DNA from: Candidatus Poribacteria bacterium
GTDB taxonomy: Bacteria > Poribacteria > WGA-4E > WGA-3G
Assembly (NCBI GenBank): GCA_022824265.1
Contig: JAJEAG010000021.1
Location: 22,577-86,576 of the forward strand
Reading direction: 5' to 3'
Length of the DNA: 64,000 nucleotides
The notes below the pieces were generated by a model. The model saw nothing but the letters and a program-made list of their open reading frames with translations. It did no database searches and was not told the origin of the DNA. Positions 57,663-64,000 of this stretch are shown piece by piece (the stretch's first letter is position 1; every line of letters starts with the position of its first letter). The position numbers and the translations under genes were made by a program.

Positions 57663-58583
57663 TTACTGGATTTCCATTGCATCAGCAAATACATCCTCAA
57701 GGGAATGCTTCACCTCTCTTAATTGTCGGAGTTGAACACCAGTTTCATGTGCTAATTTAAAGAAAAATGTGCCTTCTGTTTTTTCCTGTTCTCTGGAGGT
57801 AACACGTATGTGACCATCTTGTCTCAGTTCAGTATCATAGGGGTGGCGCGCTAATGCGGAAACATAAGAATCACGATCCCCTACTATTTTCAGATCAAAT
57901 GCTTGTCCGATGTTTTTTCTGAGTTCTTCGATTTCACCTTGAATTACAAGACTACCGTGTGATAGTCCCATAACATAACGACATGCAGACTCTACATCAG
58001 GCAAGAGATGTGATGATAAGACAACATCTATCCCTTTATCAACAGCAATATCCTGTACAAGCAAAAGCATTTCCTCTCTACCTGATGTATCCATACCATT
58101 GGTAGGTTCATCAAGTAGTAATAACTTGGGATCATGCACTAAAGCTTGTGCTAACTTTACACGTTGACGCATCCCCACAGAATATCCCTCAATTGGACGG
58201 TACCGTTCCTCATCTATACCGACATAATATAGAACTTCGTGTGCGCGTTGCATGGAATCACGTGCAGGCATACCGCATAATTCGCCCGCATAAGCGACCA
58301 GTTGAACAGCATTCATTTGTGGAATTAAACAGTCGTCTTCAGGCATATATCCAACTTTTTGACGAATTGAAACTTGTTCAGAATTTATATCCAACCCGAA
58401 CACCTTGGCATCACCATTACTTGGCATAATAAAACCGAGTAACATCTTTATCAAAGTGCTTTTTCCTGCACCATTAGGTCCTAATAATCCGATGGCACCA
58501 CCACCTTCTAATTCCACCGATAAATCATTCAAAGCAGGATTTGTGCCAAAATAGACTGAAAGGTTATTTATTTCAATTAACAT
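57663..58583 (-). CDS. ABC transporter ATP-binding protein (ABC-2 / NatA-like)
   Basis: Motifs 'GLLGPNGAGKSTL', 'YSVGMRQRV' and 'LLLLDEPTNGMD'. No cognate permease is adjacent. Confidence 0.88.
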   Translation of the reverse strand: MLIEINNLSVYFGTNPALNDLSVELEGGGAIGLLGPNGAGKSTLIKMLLGFIMPSNGDAKVFGLDINSEQVSIRQKVGYMPEDDCLIPQMNAVQLVAYAGELCGMPARDSMQRAHEVLYYVGIDEERYRPIEGYSVGMRQRVKLAQALVHDPKLLLLDEPTNGMDTSGREEMLLLVQDIAVDKGIDVVLSSHLLPDVESACRYVMGLSHGSLVIQGEIEELRKNIGQAFDLKIVGDRDSYVSALARHPYDTELRQDGHIRVTSREQEKTEGTFFFKLAHETGVQLRQLREVKHSLEDVFADAMEIQ

Positions 58584-58597
58584 AGTTTTTATTTACT

Positions 58598-59713
58598 TCA
58601 TTTATATATTCGTTTCACACGTTTGCCTATGTTTGTTAGAATCTCATACGATATTGTATTTGCATGATCTGCGATTTCATCTGCGCTGATTTCTTCGTTT
58701 CCCTGTTTTCCAATCAATACCACCTCATCTCCCACCGTCACCTTGTCTGCTGACTCCAATTTACACACCATCATATCCATACAGATCCGACCAAGAATAG
58801 GACGACGAATTCCGCCAATTAACACTTCACCTTTACCTGATAATGCTCTTGGATATCCATCTCCATAGCCAACTTGTATACTTGCTATCCGTATTCTATT
58901 TTGTGCCTTATATGTCAGTCCATAACTAACAGTTTCTCCAGGTTCAATATAATCAATCCATCCGATCTTAGCCTTCCATGTGAGAGCAGGATTGAGTTGG
59001 ATAGACTTTTTCTTAGTAGGATAGATTCCATATAAACTCAAGCCTGTTCGAACAGCGTCAAGATGGGATTCATGTATTGTATGTGCTGCAGCACTATTGG
59101 CAATATGTAGTAAATGAATGTCCGATATGTCCTTTATAACTGAATGAAACCTATTCAGTTGTAGGTGTGCAAAACTATGATCGTCTTCATCTGCAGTAGC
59201 AAAGTGGGTAAAAACACCTTCAATCTCAAGTAGGGATAAGGATTTTAGTTCTTTGATAAACTTTTTTGCTTCAGTGTAGCGAACACCACAACGATTCATT
59301 CCAGTATTAACATTGATATGTATTTTTGCCTTTAATTTATTAGCAGGTTGTGATTGGTGATTTCTATCTAAAATCACTCTGTTTAGTTGTTCTGCCAAAA
59401 TCCAATTGTCAACTGCAGCAGTCAAATCGTAATCAATAATATCTACTGCTAAATCTGGTAAAGGACTAAACAGAATGAGAATAGGAATTTGAATGCCTGC
59501 TTGACGTAGTTCAATTCCTTCAGCAACCGTTGCAACAGCAAACATATCCGCAATATTTTGTAATGCTTCAGTAACAGGAATAACACCGTGTCCATAAGCA
59601 TCTGCTTTCACAACTGCAATTAGTTTACTGCCTGTATGTTCTTTTATTGCTTTTGCGTTTGCTTTTATTGCATTTAGGTTTATTTCTACGTGTGTTTGAT
59701 TCGTTGCATCCAC
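58598..59713 (-). CDS. alr: Alanine racemase
   Basis: Motifs 'AVVKADAYGHG' (PLP lysine) and 'VSYG', plus a C-terminal beta domain. GTG start. Confidence 0.9.
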   Translation of the reverse strand: MDATNQTHVEINLNAIKANAKAIKEHTGSKLIAVVKADAYGHGVIPVTEALQNIADMFAVATVAEGIELRQAGIQIPILILFSPLPDLAVDIIDYDLTAAVDNWILAEQLNRVILDRNHQSQPANKLKAKIHINVNTGMNRCGVRYTEAKKFIKELKSLSLLEIEGVFTHFATADEDDHSFAHLQLNRFHSVIKDISDIHLLHIANSAAAHTIHESHLDAVRTGLSLYGIYPTKKKSIQLNPALTWKAKIGWIDYIEPGETVSYGLTYKAQNRIRIASIQVGYGDGYPRALSGKGEVLIGGIRRPILGRICMDMMVCKLESADKVTVGDEVVLIGKQGNEEISADEIADHANTISYEILTNIGKRVKRIYK

Positions 59714-59728
59714 AACTAAATCCAGTTT

Positions 59729-60481
59729 TTAACGAATTTCAGTCAGAGATCCTTCAACCCCAATTATCGTTAGTTTTTGAAGAAGCCATGCATCTTGCAT
59801 TACGTTTACTATTTCCAATGTAAGTTTAAGTTCATAGACACCTGAAGACTGTAAGATTGATGAAACATCAACTTCGTCTGCAATTAATACCGGACCGTCA
59901 GGTTGTACTTCCCCAATATCACGATTCCGTACAATTGTTGTGTCGTCAATAGAGATAGTCAAAAATGCCCCTGTCCGTGCGGTTTCTTGTAAGATCTCAT
60001 ATCGCAATCTGATGTTATCAAGAAACACCTCGTCAACATTTAACCTATATTTTAATGTCTGCGTAAAGGTATTACCTTGCCAATATCGGTTCGGAGATGC
60101 AATAATTGCATGTCCAATATTCACAGTAATACGTATCTCATCACGAACAGTTACTTTTCCATCTGTGACTTCAAGTGTTATCGTATATGTACCTGTATTT
60201 TCAGGGGCAATATAAACTATTGATGTTCCTTCGCCAACTATTCTTCCACCATTCGTGTTCCACTCGTAGACAAGAACATCAGCATTCGCAGAATAGTCAA
60301 CATTCGCCTTAATGGCTGTAGTATCACCGATATTGAGTGTTTGGGAATCAGATTCTAAATCTATATCAAGCATCTCAGAATCTAAATTCAATAGATTTTC
60401 TGTGTCGCATGCAGGAACTATACACATAACGCACAAGACACAGAAGATAGGGAGTAGAATCCGTAAGTTTATGCTTTTCAT
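59729..60481 (-). CDS. Lipoprotein with a PKD/Ig-like domain
   Basis: A signal peptide with the lipobox 'IVPAC', and a 'YEWNTNGGRIVGEGTSIVYIAPENTGTYTITLEVTDGK' PKD-like segment. Confidence 0.6.
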   Translation of the reverse strand: MKSINLRILLPIFCVLCVMCIVPACDTENLLNLDSEMLDIDLESDSQTLNIGDTTAIKANVDYSANADVLVYEWNTNGGRIVGEGTSIVYIAPENTGTYTITLEVTDGKVTVRDEIRITVNIGHAIIASPNRYWQGNTFTQTLKYRLNVDEVFLDNIRLRYEILQETARTGAFLTISIDDTTIVRNRDIGEVQPDGPVLIADEVDVSSILQSSGVYELKLTLEIVNVMQDAWLLQKLTIIGVEGSLTEIR

Positions 60482-60516
60482 AACAAATATATTATACCAT
60501 AATTGAAGCAGAATCG

Positions 60517-61293
60517 TTAGTTAGTTTGTATGTTTCGGTTGCGAAACCACAAAAAGAGAGGGATAAAACCGATTGAGTTGACTAACAATATAGTAGATAT
60601 AGCATTTAACTCAGGTGTCATACCAAACTTTAGACTTGAGTAAATATACACCGATAATGTTGTATAACCAACCCCAGAAGTAAAGAAAGTGATAACAAAA
60701 TCATCTATTGAGAGCGTGAAAGCAAGTAGTGCTCCACCGATTATACCGGGTGAAATGAGTGGTAATGTAATATGCCAAAAAGTCTGCCATTCGTTTGCAC
60801 CAAGATCAAGGGCTGCTTCTTCTATAGTATCATCATATCCCTGCAATCGCGCTCGGACGACAATGGTTACATACGCAATACAAAAAACAACATGTGCGAT
60901 AATTACCGATGATAACTTCAGTGGAAATTTGATTTGTGAGTAGAAAGTTAACAACGCTATCGCTAAAACAATATCTGGAATTATTAGCGGAAGATATAAG
61001 ATTCGAGTTAAAGTTGTGCGTAACTGAAACTGGTACTTATTGATTGCGAGTGCTGCTGCCGTTCCAATGATTGTTGACAATAACGTTGATACACATGCTA
61101 TGATCAAACTATTTTTACAGGCACGCCATGCATCTGGATTACTAAATAGTTTAGTATACCAACTTAGAGAGAACCCTTCCCAAACAGATATCTGATCCCC
61201 ACTATTGAATGAGAACACAACTACCACTATGATCGGAATATAGAGGAACAGAAAAACAAATATTACATTAGTTTCTAATAGTCTTTTCATCAT
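60517..61293 (-). CDS. ABC transporter permease, PotC-like (spermidine/putrescine type)
   Basis: 'EAALDLGANEWQTFWHITLPLISPGIIGG' is the EAA loop of binding-protein-dependent permeases. It has six helices. No PotA, PotB or PotD genes are adjacent. Confidence 0.85.
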   Translation of the reverse strand: MMKRLLETNVIFVFLFLYIPIIVVVVFSFNSGDQISVWEGFSLSWYTKLFSNPDAWRACKNSLIIACVSTLLSTIIGTAAALAINKYQFQLRTTLTRILYLPLIIPDIVLAIALLTFYSQIKFPLKLSSVIIAHVVFCIAYVTIVVRARLQGYDDTIEEAALDLGANEWQTFWHITLPLISPGIIGGALLAFTLSIDDFVITFFTSGVGYTTLSVYIYSSLKFGMTPELNAISTILLVNSIGFIPLFLWFRNRNIQTN

Positions 61294-61330
61294 ATTTGCA
61301 TCGTCTGAATTTCCTTAAATTGACGCTTAT

Positions 61331-61381
61331 GGTTCGGTTTCCTAACTGAACCTGTGTAAATAGTGCGGTTAGAAACCGCAC
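61331..61381. repeat. Two adjacent hairpins of the 'GGTT-loop-AACC' family (R6)
   Basis: GGTTCGGTT-TCCT-AACTGAACC at 61331-61352 and GTGCGGTT-AGA-AACCGCAC at 61363-61381. Confidence 0.8.
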
Positions 61382-61435
61382 CTACCACGGAGTGTGAATA
61401 TATTTTTGGATTTTACTATAATACACTGATGGTTT

Positions 61436-61501
61436 GTAGGAGGGAACTTCGATTCCTGACTATCAGTGAGTTTCGTCGCGATTCGGAGATCACTCCTACA
61501 G
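61436..61501 (+). repeat. Family R3 repeat copy
   Basis: It aligns end to end with 43896-43961. Confidence 0.85.
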
Positions 61502-61573
61502 AAATGTGTCTCTTTAATTTCAATGTTCACTATAATCATGCAATTTCCTCAATATCAATATACAATCTCATGA

Positions 61574-62938
61574 TTATTCAATTCTTCTTGAAAAAACTGC
61601 AGCTGCGATTACTGCAAATCCAAATAGTGTAAAAGGCATTTGCCATAAAAGAAAACTCATGTGCGTATGAATATATGAATGCGCTTTGAAGATTATAAAC
61701 CAAGATAACGGTGCTGAAATTGAAAACCAAGTTGTAATTATCAAGGCAATAATTTTGGGATTACTCACATCATTTTTATTAATCCGCCAATAAAGTAATA
61801 TTGAAGTCAATACAAAAAGGACAATAAGGTAGTAATATCGGATTTTGAAAAGATAGTTTGATATGAATGTGTTTGTAGTAGATATATAGTTATTAAGATC
61901 GAAGAATATACCATTTATGTAGGTGATAACGACTCCGTACGCACCTGCTTCAAGACTGGCAGCATATACAGGAGGAAAGTCTTCAGCGTTTCCATAAGTG
62001 CGTTTACCAAAAGACCAAATCACATGCTCAACACCATCCATAAAACCACCTTTCACAGCACCAATCTGGAAACATAACATTATCATGCTTAGAAAAATAG
62101 CTACACCAGAACCAAGAACGACAACCGATGTCAATTTCAAGCACTTTTCCTTACTCCACTTGTCAAGAAATGCATAATATATACAAGGAGTGACCATCAT
62201 TAGCAAAGTCGTTGTTATATACTCATAGCCATTTATAAAACATTTTATAGATACTGCAATGAAGATCAAAACACCAAACTTAACAAATTGTCGATTTTCT
62301 ATGTCTCTATTACTCTGAAGGTATTTCATTACGACAATCATTGGGAGATAGAATGCCCATATACACCACCAAAGATTCCTTCCAAATACTGTCAACCATT
62401 GAGAAAGCACAATCGAACATAGAACAAATATAGCGGCTAATCCCCCAAACTCATTATAGAACCAGCCAATTATATAAGTCAGTGCAACTGCAGATAAGAG
62501 AGATGTTAATACATAGAATGTCCAAAATTTGAATGTTGGTGATAGTGGAATGAGTCTATCAAGTAGACTAAATACCATTCCTTGACCACCGGGTTGTGAC
62601 TTATAGGTTGAGTAATTTTCAAAGGAGAGTTCGTAAAGATAGGCATTATATTGAGGACCTAGCTCAGTAGAAGGTATCCATTCTGCATCATTTATTTTTG
62701 CTGTTCCCCATCCGTTCAATCCTCCAGCTGAGAGGATCCCATCTTGACGAGATTTGACCATTCTGCCCATAATATGGCTTTCGGTATCTTTCTGATGATT
62801 CGCAAACCAATTCTGATCTGCAACACGCCATGAATTAGAGAAAAATCCTAAAAAAATGAGGATGATGGATATTGACCATAAAGACAACTTCCTGATGGAT
62901 TCTGATTGATATGAAGATTTAAGAAGTTTGGTTAACAT
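61574..62938 (-). CDS. Polytopic membrane protein (454 aa), family not recognised
   Basis: It has about 10 hydrophobic helices with a loop of about 90 aa after TM1. This architecture resembles glycosyltransferase or polymerase-like membrane proteins, but no motif was identified. Confidence 0.7.
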   Translation of the reverse strand: MLTKLLKSSYQSESIRKLSLWSISIILIFLGFFSNSWRVADQNWFANHQKDTESHIMGRMVKSRQDGILSAGGLNGWGTAKINDAEWIPSTELGPQYNAYLYELSFENYSTYKSQPGGQGMVFSLLDRLIPLSPTFKFWTFYVLTSLLSAVALTYIIGWFYNEFGGLAAIFVLCSIVLSQWLTVFGRNLWWCIWAFYLPMIVVMKYLQSNRDIENRQFVKFGVLIFIAVSIKCFINGYEYITTTLLMMVTPCIYYAFLDKWSKEKCLKLTSVVVLGSGVAIFLSMIMLCFQIGAVKGGFMDGVEHVIWSFGKRTYGNAEDFPPVYAASLEAGAYGVVITYINGIFFDLNNYISTTNTFISNYLFKIRYYYLIVLFVLTSILLYWRINKNDVSNPKIIALIITTWFSISAPLSWFIIFKAHSYIHTHMSFLLWQMPFTLFGFAVIAAAVFSRRIE

Positions 62939-63032
62939 GAGTATAGAAATGCCCCTTTACTTTTACAACCTATGGTCATTATACCGATTTCTACTTTGGT
63001 AGTCAACTTTGATTGTTATCATATTCCACTCG

Positions 63033-63041
63033 TGGTATAAT
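63033..63041 (+). promoter_or_regulatory. Possible extended -10 promoter element (TGGTATAAT)
   Basis: TG at 63033-63034 and TATAAT at 63036-63041, about 55 nt upstream of the ATG at 63095. Confidence 0.35.
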
Positions 63042-63094
63042 AGCACAGAAATTACATTGGAACAAAATAATAGAGAAGAATCAACCCATTTGAC

Positions 63095-64000
63095 ATGAAA
63101 CACACTAATTTTATTGATGCTCTATCAACAGACAATATGGATGCAATTAAAGCTGCTCCAAAAACTGACCTTCACTCTCATGCGTTTCTCAGTACAAGAA
63201 TAGAAAACTTGGAACATTGGGTAGGACATTCTGTAACGAAGCCTCCTGAAAGAATGAATGGACTTGAAGAGATGATGGAATATGTTATCACGGTTTTAGC
63301 ACCACTCCAGAAATCGCGTGAAGGATTTGAATTTGTTTCATCATCAGGTGTAAATGATGCTATTCAGGATGGTGTGGTTGAACTTGAGATGAGTTTTGAC
63401 ATTATGATGACAAGGTTTTATCCAGATGGATTAGCAGGAGTAAAAACGTATATTGAGGGTTTAGTTAACCAATACCAACCACAAATTGATCTACGACCAG
63501 AACTCGGTTATCCTCGGACACATGCTAATGAACCAAAGTTGATGAAGTTGGCACATGAAGCGATAGAATTAGGTGTGTTCAAGTCCATCGATCTGTATAG
63601 TTTTCAGGAAGCATGTTTGCCAGAAGCAGTTCAATCTTTATATTCAACGGCGCGTGCATCTGGGATGAAATTAAAGGCACATGTTGGAGAATTCGGTGGT
63701 GCTGAAGAAATACGACGAACCGTGGAAATCCTTGACTTAGACGAGGTTCAACACGGAATCGCTGCTGCAGAATCAGTTGAAATCATGCAATGGCTTTCAG
63801 AAAATCATATACAGTTAAACGTGTGTCCAACGAGTAATGTAATGTTAGGTGGTGTTAAGGATATTGCATCTCACCCGATACGGATTTTGTATGACAATGG
63901 TGTTCGGGTTACTATTAACACGGATGATCTGATGATATTTGGTCAAAGTGTTTCCGAAGAGTATCGTAATCTATACAAAGCAGGTGTTTTCAGTGCACAG
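63095..64000 (+). CDS. Adenosine/adenine deaminase family metallohydrolase; the 3' end lies outside the window
   Basis: I translated this by hand and the frame is open from the ATG at 63095 to the window end. Motifs: 'DLHSHAF' (HxH), 'KAHVGEFGG', 'VQHGI', 'LNVCPTSN' and 'VTINTDDL'. Confidence 0.8.
   Translation, partial: MKHTNFIDALSTDNMDAIKAAPKTDLHSHAFLSTRIENLEHWVGHSVTKPPERMNGLEEMMEYVITVLAPLQKSREGFEFVSSSGVNDAIQDGVVELEMSFDIMMTRFYPDGLAGVKTYIEGLVNQYQPQIDLRPELGYPRTHANEPKLMKLAHEAIELGVFKSIDLYSFQEACLPEAVQSLYSTARASGMKLKAHVGEFGGAEEIRRTVEILDLDEVQHGIAAAESVEIMQWLSENHIQLNVCPTSNVMLGGVKDIASHPIRILYDNGVRVTINTDDLMIFGQSVSEEYRNLYKAGVFSAQ

Overview
A 64-kb bacterial chromosomal fragment of about 40% G+C by eye. 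I found no rRNA, tRNA, CRISPR array, integrase or intact transposase. About 55 protein genes can be supported.

Gene content:
- Housekeeping genes: guaB, serA, gap-tpiA-secG, alr, queC.
- Accessory paralog families: 4 PhyH-type dioxygenases, 2 Gfo/Idh/MocA oxidoreductases, 3 exported LamG-like proteins, 2 giant exported WD40 proteins, a Kelch propeller and a PQQ/BamB-like propeller.
- Transporters: a heterodimeric ABC exporter, an MFS transporter and isolated ABC parts.
- Solitary complex-I-type modules: one NuoI-like and one NuoE/F-like.
- This content resembles uncultivated marine or sponge-associated heterotrophs (Poribacteria/PVC-like), but that is inference only.

Most notable observations:
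1. A compact minus-strand module at 9240-13626: an MT-A70 methyltransferase, a 931-aa protein I cannot place in any family, and a malate/lactate-dehydrogenase homolog that has lost its cofactor and catalytic motifs.
2. A short C-terminal tag (T-[TF]-W-G-x-[VIL]-K) shared by four signal-peptide proteins with two different folds.
3. Three unusually long gene-free regions carrying a strand-skewed TG-rich repeat, plus several families of small palindromic repeats.
4. An archaeal-type phosphopantothenate synthetase homolog translationally coupled to a 639-aa membrane protein.
5. A GC-rich, foreign-looking glycoside-hydrolase-like gene next to a degraded HTH gene remnant.

All functional calls come from motif recognition by eye. 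No database search was possible.
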